From the NCBI GenBank assembly GCA_043228905.1, contig JBHGNT010000010.1:9548001-9612000 (forward strand): 64,000 nucleotides of DNA, in the 5' to 3' direction. The position numbers were made by a program, and so were the translations under genes. The notes beneath the pieces were generated by a model. It saw only the letters and a list, made by a program, of their open reading frames with translations. It did no database searches and was not told where the DNA came from. The first letter of the stretch is position 1; every line of letters starts with the position of its first letter. Positions 25,798 to 37,977 of the stretch are shown here, piece after piece. This DNA comes from Azolla caroliniana. Its lineage: Eukaryota > Plantae > Polypodiophyta.

Positions 25798-27182
25798 CCC
25801 ACCCCCTCTGAGCTTGCACATTGGTTGTGCAGAGTTCATCCAACACTTCTTCCGATTCTTTTAGTTCTTCTAGTTCTTCATAAAATTCGGGCTCTAATGA
25901 CTCCCTCCTTTTAAATATTTTAATCCTTTTTCTTGCAATTGGGATACGAATTTCTGTCCCATCTAATTCATTGAGGAAATATGTGGCTTTATCTGTTATT
26001 TTCCTAACTTCATAAGGTCCAAACCATCTTTTTGCAAACTTCTGAATAGTACTGTATTGATTATCTAGGTTACTATCATATACTAATACCCAATCTCCCT
26101 CTTGCACCTTTCTTGGTCGTATTCTTTTCATCTTGTCAAATCTGTCCTTATTCTTCATTCTTGCCTCTTTTAATCTAGTAGCTGCTTTTTCTATGTCTTC
26201 TGTCCTTGATTGAAGTTGTCGTATTCGAACCGCAAATAAATCTTCCCTACTCATTTCCGATTCCCAAGGCAACACAGCCCATGTAGTTATCTTTTCTTCA
26301 ATTGGCATTATTGGCTTCTGTCCTGTGATTAATTCTACAGTCATATATCCAGTAACAATGCTGTGAGTTGTCCTATCAACCCATAGTGCATAGGGTAAGG
26401 CTTTTGGCCAATCATTAACCCGTCCTCTACATGCCTTTGCCAAAGCTTTGACTATTGGCCCATGTCCCCTTTCTACCTTTCCATTAGCTTCTGGATTGTA
26501 TGCCGTTGTCAAAGAAAGCCGAATTCCTATTTTGTCGAAAAAATCTTGAGCTTCCGCAGAATTGAGTTCTCCCTTATCTGCCACTATCTTCCCGATACAT
26601 CCATATCTACAAACAATGTCCTCCAAGATGAATTGACATACTCCTAATGCCCCTTTTGTTTGCAATGAACGACCTTCCACTTGATTTGTTAGATCTTCTC
26701 TAGCAAGAACCAAGTATCTCTTTTGTCCTACTCCAAGTGGCATTGTTACCAAATCTATCATCCACTTGTAATGCACCCCCGGTGAGTATGTTGGGTGTAA
26801 TTCATCACAAAATTTTACGTTTGAATAATATTGACAAGTGGGACAAGTTTCCACATACTTTTTTATTTGCTCATAGTATCGAGGCCACCAAAATCGTTCT
26901 TTAATCTTACTGAAAGTGGCCCACACTCCTCGATGACTAGCCCATTCTTTGTCATGCAGCTCTCTGATTATCTCCTTTCTTTGCCCTTCAGAACCTATTA
27001 CTCTTTGCGGGTTTCCAGTCTTGGTTTTCGGATGTCGCCATAGATATCCTTCATGCAGGAAGAACTTATGGGCTTTCTTGCGTAACTGTGTGAACTCTTT
27101 TCCAGATCGACCTTTGTACTTGACAGGGGTTTGTAGGTATTTCCCTATTTCCTTGAATTCTTCTTCATACTCCTCTTCATAC
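25790..27182 (-). CDS. pol: Uninterrupted non-chromoviral Ty3/Gypsy integrase domain (5'-truncated pol)
   Basis: HHCC (H..H..CPTC), D-D-E core (IDL, ADKG, ERGH) and GPY motif. Confidence 0.88.
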
Positions 27183-28207
27183 GGGCTATTGAAGAAAGGG
27201 CGTGGGTTTGAGTGGAGGACGGAGCACACGGAGTCAGTCCGGAGACTAAAGGAGGCGTTTATGGTAGCGCCGGCCCTCCGTAAAGCAGTTTACGGCAAGG
27301 GTGTTCCCATCTGCGTGACGGTGGACACGAGCCCGACCGATCGGGTGGGTAATCAGTCAGGAGGACAAGGACGGCGTACGATTCCCGATCCGGTTCGGGG
27401 CGAAGGTATTGAGCGAGCGGTAGCGAGGATACACCCAAGTTAAGCGCGAGTTTTGGGGTATCGTTTTGGCAGTTAAGGCCGACAAGGACTATCTGATCGG
27501 GACGGAGGTGATCATCGAGACAGATTGCCTGCCGATAATCGGCATGTTTTCCGGATGTGCGATGCCAGACCTAGCAATGCTCCGGTGGATAGCGTACATT
27601 AAGTCCCTGAACCCGGAGATACGGCACATCTCCGGAAAAGACAACCCCATGGCCGACATGCTTTCGAGAGCAAGGTTCAACGATGAAGATGGCATGGTTT
27701 CGGATGACGAAGAAGTCGGCGAGGATTTCTTCGGGTCGGCTAACGTAACGACTGTCAAGACTGAGAGAGAGAAAGAGAGAGAAAAAGAGATAGAGAGATA
27801 ATTGAAAGAGAATTATTATATTGAAGCATAAAATGGATTACAAAGAGTAGGCTACAAAATGGCGTTGAACCAATGTAGGTTTGGGATGGGTGGTAGATCC
27901 CTATTTATAAGTAATAGAGAACACTCTAGAATATTCTAGGTTATCCTAGAATGTAGAGTAATCTAGAAGATCTCTAGAGTATTCTAGAAGGTTTTAGTGG
28001 TATAGAACACTCTAGAATATTCTAGGTCATTCTAGAATGTAGAGTAATATAGAATATTCCTATGATATTAGATTTCATATTCTAGAGACTATACATATAA
28101 GAATATTAATACAATGGTTAAGGATTTGACATGTGTACAACAAGGTCGTGGGTTCAAATCCTTTCGAGTGAGTGTCATGATCCTTTCCATGCATGATGTG
28201 ACTGTTA

Positions 28208-30025
28208 TCATGACACTATCCCCCTTCTTCGACAACACGTCTCACGGGTCGTAGGGTTTGTATTAGGACCTGGTTTACAAGGATATTGGCGATGAAATGC
28301 ATTGACGAGTTCTGTAGCATTGGAAAGATTTGTGGCAGGTTCCCAAGTTCGATCATTGGGGGTATAGCCTAGCCAATCGACTAAGTAATACAACTTGTTG
28401 CGCAGGATTTTAGAATCGAGAACGGCAACAACTTCAAATTCAGGCCCGTCCAAGAACTCGACAGGTGGTGGGGTTGTCGTAAGACGGCCCGGAATTGAAC
28501 TTGTAGTATAAGGTTCCAAAAGGGATACATGAAACACCGGATGAAGATGCATGTGCGGAGGGAGGTCAAGACGAAATGCAACATCACTTATCTTACCAGT
28601 GATCATGTAAGGGCCAAAACGTCGGTAATCCAATTTACTGCAAGGTCGAGTGGTCTTGATGTTGTGTTGGAGAAGCCATACATGATCCCCAATGCGGAAC
28701 TTTTTTGAGGAGTCTAGACGATGACGATCGGCAAGCCTCTTGTGTGTAAATTGAGCATCGTGCAAATTGTGGAGAATGTTAGCTTGAATTTCTTGGAGGC
28801 GACTAAGACAATCCTCGGCAGCAGGGTTGGTAGGAACTTCTGGATGCGCATTCATCGTCCACCGAGGATGACAGCCCGTATTTGCGAAAAATGGGGAATA
28901 TCCTGTAGAAGAATGGGCTGAGTTGTTGTAAGCAAATTCCGCCAAGTGCAAAAAAGCAGCCCAATCATTTTGTTGATAGTTGATGAAACAATGAAGATAT
29001 TGTTCCAATGTCTGGTTGGTACGCTCTGTTTGGCCATTTGTTTCAGGATGATAGCCCGAAGAAAGCTTAACTGAAATGTGGAGAAGTTTGAACAGGTGCT
29101 TCCAAAACTTTGAGATGAATTGTGGACCACGATCACTAATAATATCATCCGGCAAACCATGATGCTTACATACCTCCCGCATAACGAGATCAGCCGTCTC
29201 TTGACTAGTAATCGACTTTGTACATGGCAAGAAATGTGCCATTTTGGTAAATCGATCAACCACTGTGAGAATTGCATCAAAACCTTTTGAAACTGGGAGA
29301 TCAGTAATGAAGTCCAAGGATATAGACTTCCAAGGAATTTCCGGAATGGGAAGTGGTTGTAGTAAGCCATAGGGTCGGTGACGAGGATTCTTTGATCGAC
29401 AACATATATCACAACTCCGAACATACTCCTCAACAAAATGACAAAGGCGAGGCCACCAATAGCATCGAGAAATTAATTCTAGAGTCTTGTGAACTCCAAA
29501 ATGACCAGCCATTGGTGAGTCATGGCAATGTTGCAAAACTTGTAGCCGTGGGGGACCATCAGGAACATATAATAAATTTTGTCGAAATAGAAAACCATCA
29601 TGCCAATAGAACTGACAATAGTCATTACGAGGATTTTTCGACTCTGAGCAAGAAGCACGATCCGGGACGATATGATCCAAAACATCCTTGGCGAAATCAT
29701 CAGTGGCCATATGATCTCGAATGGAATTTTCAAGAGTTGTTATGGCGTTAACTACCAGTAATCGTAATCTATTAGGACCCAAAAGGATTTGTTTTTGATG
29801 CTCAAATGCAGGTTCCCCTCGACGAAGTTCCATATAAGAGCGCCGAGAAAGAGCATCTGCTTTGCCTTGCTGCATCCCAGGGCGATATATGATGATAAAG
29901 TCGAAGTGAGTCAAAAATTGCGCCCACCGGGCTTGTCGCCGACTCAAGACTCGAGCATTTTGGAAATAAGTCAGGTTCTTATGATCATTGTAGACAATGA
30001 TTTGTTGAGAAGAACCTTCTAGGAA
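28208..30025 (-). CDS. pol: RNase H C-terminal part, integrase and chromodomain
   Basis: GKADALSR, H..H..CDIC, SLDFIT, SDRGPQF, GPY and FEV..LDS..YLVDWLGY...TWEP. Confidence 0.92.
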   Translation of the reverse strand, partial: FLEGSSQQIIVYNDHKNLTYFQNARVLSRRQARWAQFLTHFDFIIIYRPGMQQGKADALSRRSYMELRRGEPAFEHQKQILLGPNRLRLLVVNAITTLENSIRDHMATDDFAKDVLDHIVPDRASCSESKNPRNDYCQFYWHDGFLFRQNLLYVPDGPPRLQVLQHCHDSPMAGHFGVHKTLELISRCYWWPRLCHFVEEYVRSCDICCRSKNPRHRPYGLLQPLPIPEIPWKSISLDFITDLPVSKGFDAILTVVDRFTKMAHFLPCTKSITSQETADLVMREVCKHHGLPDDIISDRGPQFISKFWKHLFKLLHISVKLSSGYHPETNGQTERTNQTLEQYLHCFINYQQNDWAAFLHLAEFAYNNSAHSSTGYSPFFANTGCHPRWTMNAHPEVPTNPAAEDCLSRLQEIQANILHNLHDAQFTHKRLADRHRLDSSKKFRIGDHVWLLQHNIKTTRPCSKLDYRRFGPYMITGKISDVAFRLDLPPHMHLHPVFHVSLLEPYTTSSIPGRLTTTPPPVEFLDGPEFEVVAVLDSKILRNKLYYLVDWLGYTPNDRTWEPATNLSNATELVNAFHRQYPCKPGPNTNPTTRETCCRRRGIVS

Positions 30026-30029
30026 AAAA

Positions 30030-31452
30030 TCATTGCTGAGTAAGCGGAAGCACAACCTTGGAATAATCTTTAATAAATTTTCGATAAAAATTTGCAAACC
30101 CGAGAAAACATTGCACATCACGCACTGAAAGGGGCGTTTGCCACTCTAAAATTGCTTGTACCTTCATGGGGTCCATAGCAATACCATTTGACGATACAAC
30201 ATACCCCAAAAATTCCACTTGATTCTGGCCGAAACTACACTTTTCTAATTTTGCGTAGAGACCATATTCTCGGAGTCGACGCAGTACTTGACGAACATGT
30301 TCATCATGCTCCTCTTGGGTCTTTGAGTAGATTAAAATATCATCTAGGTAAACTATAGTGAAGATATCAAGAAAATCTCGAAAAATATCGTTCGCCATAT
30401 GTTGGAAAACAGCAGGTGCAGTCGTGAGACTGAATGGCATCACTGTATACTCAAAATGTCCATAGCGAGTGCGGAAAGCTGTCTTCCATTCATCCCCCGG
30501 GCGAATCCGAACTAGATTATATGCTCCGCGAAGGTCTAACTTCGTGAAATATTTTGCACCACTAAGACGTTCCAAAAGATTCAGGATTAATGGTAGAGCA
30601 TATCTATTCCGGATAGTCACTTTGTTTAGCCTCGATAATCCACGACCAACCGAAGAGTCCCATTCTTCTTCTTAACGAAGAAGGTAGGTGCACCAGCAGG
30701 GGATCTAGAATGCCGAATGAATCTGTTTGCCAAATTCTCATCAATATATTCCCGCAAAGTCTCTAGCTCTACAGGGAGAGATTATAAATTGGGCCCCATG
30801 GAGGTTCTTTCCTTGGTTGTAAGTCAATAGGGCAGTCGTATGGCCGATGCTCCGGCAATGTATTGGCCTTCACCTTATCAAAGACATTTGAAAACTCCTT
30901 GTATTTCTCTGGTAGTTTAATATCCGCTTCACATGAAGTGGATGATGGAGTTGCTATTATTGCGAAGACGAACATGGCCTCGTTCTCCCCTTCCTCCCAC
31001 AATTGTCGTAAAGTGATGGGCGATAACTCCGGGAATCTATTATCACATGTAGGAGAGAGGGGTTCGGGATTTGTGCTTTTTTCCCGGGTCTCCTCAATTG
31101 TTCTTTTCATCCAATCAATCTTCGGGTTATGGAGTTCAAACCAGGGGAGACCTAGAACTATTGGGTGTTCCGGACTACGAATAATGTTGAAAGAGATTAT
31201 GCTTGCCAAATTGCCAAGAACTATCCTAATTGGCTCGGACTCCTCGACTATATCTCCTGATGCTATGGGACGTCCATCAATGACTCCTACGGCTACTGGG
31301 CTGGGAAGCATATTCAAGAGGATGTTTTGTGACAAGGCAAATTCACGATCCATGAAACAAGAGTTGGCTCCAGAATCTAGAAGGGCAGAGGCTAGGACTT
31401 GATGACATGTAGATGTGGTAAGCTCGACTTGTGCTGAAAAAACTTGACTCAC
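30030..31452 (-). pseudogene. pol: Aspartic protease and reverse transcriptase (frameshifted)
   Basis: [23 protein letters not shown] and YLDD. Confidence 0.92.
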
Positions 31453-31537
31453 TTGATTTGATGAAATGGAACCACGACTAGGAACTAACTCTACATAGCT
31501 AGGATGGTCCAGCCAATGGCTCCTATTTTGGCCGGAC

Positions 31538-32202
31538 TTACTCGTTTAACACATCCTCTAATTGACTCAAGACATCGAATCTATTCTCATGACATGGACT
31601 ATGAGGCTTATTTATGTTATTAGAAGTAACAATAGAACTCGATGTAGGGTTTTCATGGGCACTTACTTGGTATACTTGACGCCTAGGTTTATGTGGACAA
31701 TTTACAACTATATGTCTTGGACCGCCACAATACAGGCAGAGGCGATGCGCTCGACGTCGTTGCTTCTCAGCATCTGATAACGGCCCACGACGTTGTGTTG
31801 ACTCTATTTCCATCGGAGTTGGGCCATCCCTTGTAATGGGTCTAGATACTTGTGGAGGCGTTGCGACTACGGAAGCGTAAGTCTGCTCAGGTTGGCGTAA
31901 CATTTGTTGGCGCTCAGAACGTCGCTCAAATAGGCGATTATCACATCGCACAACTCGACTAATGGCTTCTGTAAGTGACTTCGGATCTTTAGGGAAAGTA
32001 AGAAGAAGATCTTTGACATCATTTCTCAAACCTTGACGGAATTGATCCATTAAAGCTGCCTCATCCCAAGGAATATCGCATGCCAAGAGACGGAAATCGG
32101 CTGCATAAGACGACGCGAGACGATCTCCTTGTCGGAGCCTTCGAATCTTGTTTATCGCTGTCCTAGTGCTGTCGGTGTCTCCGAAACTAGCTTGAAACTC
32201 TT
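31538..32202 (-). pseudogene. gag: Gag, 5'-truncated
   Basis: LRQG, FRQGLRNDVKD, PMEI and CLYCGGPRH...C knuckle. Confidence 0.88.
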
Positions 32203-33557
32203 TAACACTCTATTTATAAGTACCAATTTAGGTTTGGGATGGGTGGTAGATCCCTATTTATAAGTAATAGAGAACACTCTAGAATATTCTAGGTTATCCT
32301 AGAATGTAGAGTAATCTAGAAGATCTCTAGAGTATTCTAGAAGGTTTTAGTGGTATAGAACACTCTAGAATATTCTAGGTCATTCTAGAATGTAGAGTAA
32401 TATAGAATATTCCTATGATATTAGATTTCAAATTCTAGAAATTATACATATAAGAATATTAATACAATGGTTAAGGATTTGACATGTGTACAACAAGGTC
32501 GTGGGTTCAAATCCTTTCGAGTGAGTGTCATGATCCTTTCCATGCATGATGTGACTGTTATCATGACACTGACGAGGAAAAGGGACACTCCGGCGCTTAA
32601 CGAATTTGACGAAAGTAGGTACGATGGGGAGTGGCTCCAAATCGGGAGGTTCCTACGGACGATGACGACGGATGCAGCATGGACGAGAGAGGAGGTGAGC
32701 CGGGTACGGAAGAAGGCGTACCAGGTGGAAGGACGCGCACTGCAGAACAAGACAACCGCGGCAGTATGCTGGTTCTTGATCGAAGAGGTAGTGTGTCGGT
32801 ACGGGTGCGTCGGGAGGATCGTGGCGGACCGGGGAGAGTTGGATGTGAGGGAGGCTGAGGAGTTGTTCGAACGACTGGGGCGGATGTCGTGAAGAAAACC
32901 GGCCATAGGCGGATTCGGGCAAAAAGGCGCATGAACCGGCTCTTACACGGATGGACGCATGAATTGATATTTTGATATTGATTCATAAATGGATCACCTG
33001 ATGTAAATACTAAGTAGTGCACGTTTATTAGGGGGGATTGTGCGTATCTTTGTCAGAAGGGACAAGGAATAAAACGATTTAACTAGGGAAAGGGGCACCC
33101 CTTTTTGGGAACTATTTAAGGAGAGGAGACAAGGAGGAGAAGGGGATCACGCATTAAGGAGGACGAAGTGCTGCAGGACCGAGGACCGAACTCTCTCTCC
33201 TCCTCCGATCGTCATTCTCTGTGGGTACGAGGAGTTCAACGCCTCTGCTTCATGGGCAGCTCGTGCGCTGCCAGCAGAGGCTTTTTCTTTTGCGTTTCTC
33301 TGGGTCCAGTGTGTTCCGTCTGTGTGCGTGAGTAGGGTCCCCATGTCGGGCCCATCGCCGCCTTGCCAGTTGTAACCATTAGAGTTTGTAATCTCTTGTT
33401 ATTGTAATCAAGTGTTCCGTTCTATATATCTCCTTCTCGCTTCTACGTGTCTGTGAATCTCTCGCTCTCTCTCTCCCTCTCTCTCTCTCGCTCCTCGGTC
33501 CAAGACCCCCGTGGTCCCGCCCCTTCTACACGCACGCACGCGCGTAACAACGCGACA

Positions 33558-34528
33558 CTGGCGCCGTCATCAGTCCCCCTGCTTGCAGAGGGTTCGGAAT
33601 TGCTTCCACAATCTTGATTATGCCGTACATTCTGCTCTTTTCGGCCGCCTCCATTGTGCGCCGATCCACCACGACCGCAGGGCTTTATTATGCTCCGTGT
33701 AAAGCATCTTGGCATCGACGTGTGCACTCGTCGACGCACTCGTGCGGTTTTCTTCTATGAGCAACATTGACTGAAGCTTGAAAAAGGAAGGCGTAATCTC
33801 CCTCGTGCAAACCGCTGTTCGGAAGGGTCCGAACTTTGATGCCAAGCCACCAAGACAAACCTGCACCATTTCATCTTCCTCTACGTTCACGTTGACGGAG
33901 GTGAGAGAGTCGTAGATTTCTTTGATCTTGGTGGTGTAATCAGTCACCGAAAAATCTCTTTGTCGTACATTGCTGAGCTCCTGTCTGAGTTGTAGCTGTC
34001 TGGCCGTTGTGCTGGCGGCGAAAATCCTTTTGAGATTCACCCACGCGTCCTTCGGCTACTTGGCATCCCGAATATAGCTCACAAGCTGATCGCTCACAGA
34101 GGACGCGAAGCAATACAACACTCTGCTTGCTGCTTGTTCCCAAGCTGGGTAGTCCTTGTGTGTTGACTTGGGTGCCACATCGTTTGCTCCTTCGACATAA
34201 CTCCAGTAACCATGGCCGAGCAGGTACTGGTGCATCTTGTAAGACCAAGATGTGTAGTTGCTTCTGTCAAGCTTTTTAGTCGGAAGTGAGCTTCCCATTC
34301 CTCTGTCCATAGTAATGTCTTTTTCTTCTCCGAAAGAGAACAACTTCAACTTTGTTTCGTCACAAACTTTTCTTGTCGGCTGAGAGGACTTCAACCCTCG
34401 CACTCTAATACCATGTAAAAGAATACGTTGTGCGGAAGTGTGTGCGTAAATACAGAGTACACAGTTCAGAGGAATAAGGCAGTTCGGTAAACACAGAAAA
34501 TGCAGAGATGGAGATGGAGATTGAGATA

Positions 34529-34562
<34 letters not shown>

Positions 34563-35039
34563 AGACAATAGAAAAACTCAGATTCAAAATAATGACTCTC
34601 TATACATACACGATGCTCAATGAGCACCTTTTATACAAGCCCTGAAAATCGGGCTGACACAAGTACTGACAGTACTTGACTGCTCATAAATGAGCCTCGA
34701 CAGTCACTCCCAAAATTATTCCTTACGAGGAATATCTCTCTAACGGCCTTTCGGTTTACGCACCGATACGGCCAGGTTGTGCATACTTTTTCACGCACCC
34801 AGTCTAGGCACTGGGTTACGCTGCGTATTACGCACTCAATGTTGAGCTTGTAACTCAACAATTGTGAACTTGTATATATTCTAGAGTCTACTATATAGTA
34901 CATTCGAGAATATTCTAGTCATTAGTATATTCTAGAATTATTCTATGGTATATTGTGAACGGGTATATTCTTGAGATTATATTTCTCGAGAATATTCTAG
35001 AGATATTGAATCTTAGAAATTGTATAAATACTTGTAACA
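33558..35039 (-). mobile_element. 5' part of a Copia element: LTR 34414-35039, PBS-Met and gag
   Basis: Reverse-complement PBS tggtattagag. Gag KLDRSNYTSW..., LRQELSNVRQ with one in-frame stop. Confidence 0.85.
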
Positions 35040-36191
35040 TCCTTGGTCCCTTTCAAAGGATTCAACACCAGTCATTGACACATCAATCTAGTATTCTTGT
35101 TTCGCCTCATCTTTGTCTCCTTGATCTTTATTTCTGTCTTCATGCGCTCACGAGGCTCACAACATCTAGAGTTCCTTGCGTCATCACATCTAGCTCCAAG
35201 TGGATCCGTCGCCCGTAGCCCCATCATTTGTGCTCCATCCTAGTCCGCGCTTGGTGTGTCCGTAACAGTTTGAATCCCTTCCAACTAGGAGCATCACCCG
35301 TCTTCGTCATCGCCTTTGCTTCTAAACTTACCATCATCACTGTCCTTTCTTCCAGAGTTACCGTCATCATCATCCTTGTCTTCAACGTCATCATTTTCAG
35401 CACCTCTTTGCCCAACCATCGTCGTCATCAACACTACTTGTCATCATTTTTAGGTATCATTTTGCATCACGGTTTTGGTGAGGAGTGCTTTCGATCGCTC
35501 AACTTCCCAGTTCCGTTGGGGGTCACAACTGCTCACTTTCATGGTGGGGATTGGAACATTGCTCGCTTGCACTGCATTTTCGTTGGTAGGGTTAGAACCA
35601 CTCACTTTCCTAGTGGGGATCGCATGGGTTTCTCGTTAGCACTACCGTTTGTGTTGTGTCTTTAGTCAACCAAGACTATTTACCCTCTCATAATAGAAGA
35701 AGTCAAGTCGATCGCTTCACTTGCACTCCTTAGCCCATTGTTGTTCTAGTTCTCGGTGAGGGCTGCATGGTCGCTCACGCCCATTCGTGTTCAGTTCTCG
35801 GTGAGGGCCGCATGGTCGCTCATGTCTGTTCGTGTTCCAGTTCTTGGTGAGGGCCACATGGTCGCTCGCGTCCGTTCGTGTTCAATTCTTAGTGAGGGTT
35901 GCATGGTCGCTCACGCCCGTGCGTGTTTGGATGAGGATCACACATGGTCGCTGACGTTCCAGTTCCCAATGAGGGCCACACATGGTTGCTCACGTCCGTT
36001 CGTGTTCCAGTTCTTGGGGAGGGCAGCACGTCGCTCACGCCTGTTCGTGTTAAGTTCTCGGTGAGGGATGCATGGTTGCTAACGTTCGTTCGTGTTCCAG
36101 TTCTCGGTGAGGACCGCATGGTCACTCACGCCTGTTGGTGTTCATGTTCCAACTCTCGGTGAGGACCGACATGGTCTCTTATGATCGTTGG
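34857..36191. repeat. Copy 1 of a ~1.4-kb duplicated module (LTR end, D-rich segment, satellite); copy 2 is 48131-49619
   Basis: Long near-identical stretches, for example 35031-35480 versus 48299-48750. Confidence 0.92.
35745..36191. repeat. ~45-bp minisatellite (ggtgagggccgcatggtcgctcacgcccgttcgtgttccagttctc); continues at 47631-47715
   Basis: Unit starts near 35755, 35800, 35846 and 35891. Confidence 0.92.
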
Positions 36192-37143
36192 TGTTGTCCA
36201 TGGGCCAAAGTTGTAATTCTAAGAATTGTAATAGGAAGTAGGTCAAAGTAGGTGAACAACTGTAATTACGAACAACCGTAAGGAACGAAGACAACCGAAA
36301 TATGCGCAACCAAGAACGGGAAGAAGCAAAGCGCGCCGAAGCAAAGAGGAAGGGAAAAGCTATAAAAAGAAGACCAAGAGAATGAGACAAGGGGGGGAAG
36401 CAAAGAGAAGAAGGGAACTATAGCCCATGATTACGGGATTCTGAGGGTCTAGGTCATACTATTACTTTGTTGTTAATTCCAGCCGTGGGCCGTGTAACTG
36501 TATTCATGACATACTCGTAATACATATAGTTTTGGGTCTATTTCTTGTGTTGGTGTTATGTGATTGCTGTCCCTTATTAAATTGATTTGGTGAAACATTC
36601 TCTAGGAAGAGACCTCCCTTACGTAACGTATTTGAAATCTTGTTTTCCGGTAACGCCCTGACCACCACGTCACACACAATTTGGTCCGATTTCGGCTAGG
36701 AAATGGAAGGTGTTGCCTCCGGGAAGGAAGGCAACACAATTTTTTATTTGATTGATAAAGTGGCCTCCCTGATCACTCACTAGTTCGATTGGACACCTGA
36801 AACGGCACCATAAATTTTCGTAGATAAATTTTGAAGTGGACACAGCTGTGTTATCTCGGAGAGCTTTCGCTTCGACCCATTTCGTCTAGTAATTGGTTGC
36901 CAAGAGGATGTATTTGTTACCCGTGCGTGTTGTGAGGGGTTTAAAGGGACCCACAAAATCCAATCCCCAATTTTGGAAAGGTTCCAAGGGAAGGATGGGC
37001 TGGTGTGGCATGCGGTTGTGTTCGCTTGGCTATCCCATATGTTGGTAGAGGTCGCATTGTTTGCAAAAATTATGAGCGTCTTTTTTCGTAGTCGGCCACC
37101 ATAACCCGCTCTACCAGATTTTTCGTGTTGTGGCATCTCCTAT

Positions 37144-37977
37144 TGTGAAATTGTTTTTAGAAATCAAGCCATTGGACATTAGAAGACTATAAGGTATGGA
37201 GCATTCACATTTGGAGGCTAAGAACACGAACCAATATCTTAAGAAGAAGTCAAAAGTAAAAGTAAGATACACAGAGAAAAGTAAAAGGAGAAAAAGAGAA
37301 AAAGAGAAAAAGAGGGCCATAAAAAACAGTAAAAAAGGAATGGTCAGAACTATTTCGTTTGTAACCCAAATATCATGTATAAATATAGCTTAGAAAGCGT
37401 GTAAAGAGGGCTATCTATAGCTTTTTAAATCTATAAATTTGGAGCTCGGATGAGGGAGATATGATGATTAGAAGGTCGATGGGTCTTAGCTAAAATTAAG
37501 AGATAAAAAGCTTCTAAAAATAGCGTGAACGAGGAAGAAGAAAAAACTTATACAAGGGGAAGTGATACTCTTAGAAAAAGGTCCTAATAGAGAGGGGATC
37601 CTAATAGAGGAGGAGGAGGATTAGGGGGGAAGGTCTTAGTGGAAGGAGGGAATCCTAATAGAGGAGGAGGAGGATTAGGAAGAAGGGTCTTAGTGGAAGA
37701 GGAAGGGTCTTAATTGTGGGTTTGAGTGATTGGTAGTAAGAAGGTCTTTGGTTTCTTAGTTGAAGGTGGAGTTTATCTCTTTTGTATTGTCTTGATATTG
37801 GAATATCATAACAATCTTATCTCTTTCTCATCATCTCTATCTTTTTTCTTAATTTCTCGAGTCTCTCTCTCTAATATTTAGATACCTTGATCTATATAAT
37901 ATATTATGAGTCACAACTCCATCTAACCGGTTTGGTCAAGCCCTCATATAGTGTAAGATTACCCTTTGTCTTAAACA
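37144..37977. mobile_element. ~0.83-kb insertion (probable solo LTR) in the integrase
   Basis: Interrupts HYAGD/ATTRKIW. TG...CA-like ends and internal cctaatagaggaggaggaggattagg repeats. TSD unclear. Confidence 0.55.

Larger units (their letters stand above)
27753..32568 (-). mobile_element. Chromovirus (Ty3/Gypsy, Tcn1-like) with a group I chromodomain
   Basis: 3' LTR 27753-28215, PPT 28216-28230, near-identical partial 5' LTR about 32223-32568. Imperfect TSD acgac/ctgac. Confidence 0.93.
27179..33557 (+). mobile_element. Internally deleted Gypsy of the TGTCGTG clade (RNase H, partial INT, 3' LTR 32885-33557), interrupted by a chromovirus
   Basis: VDTSP, IETDCLP and ADMLSR motifs. Resumes at 32569 with QVEGRAL..VADRGE, then PPT and LTR TGTCGTG...CGCGACA. 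Confidence 0.85.

Noticed and set aside
27183-27229. N-terminus of the 479-aa integrase ORF
   Set aside because: Antisense read-through into a different plus-strand element.
35745-36191. 45-bp repeats as a CRISPR array or repeat protein
   Set aside because: Degenerate contiguous minisatellite with no spacers.
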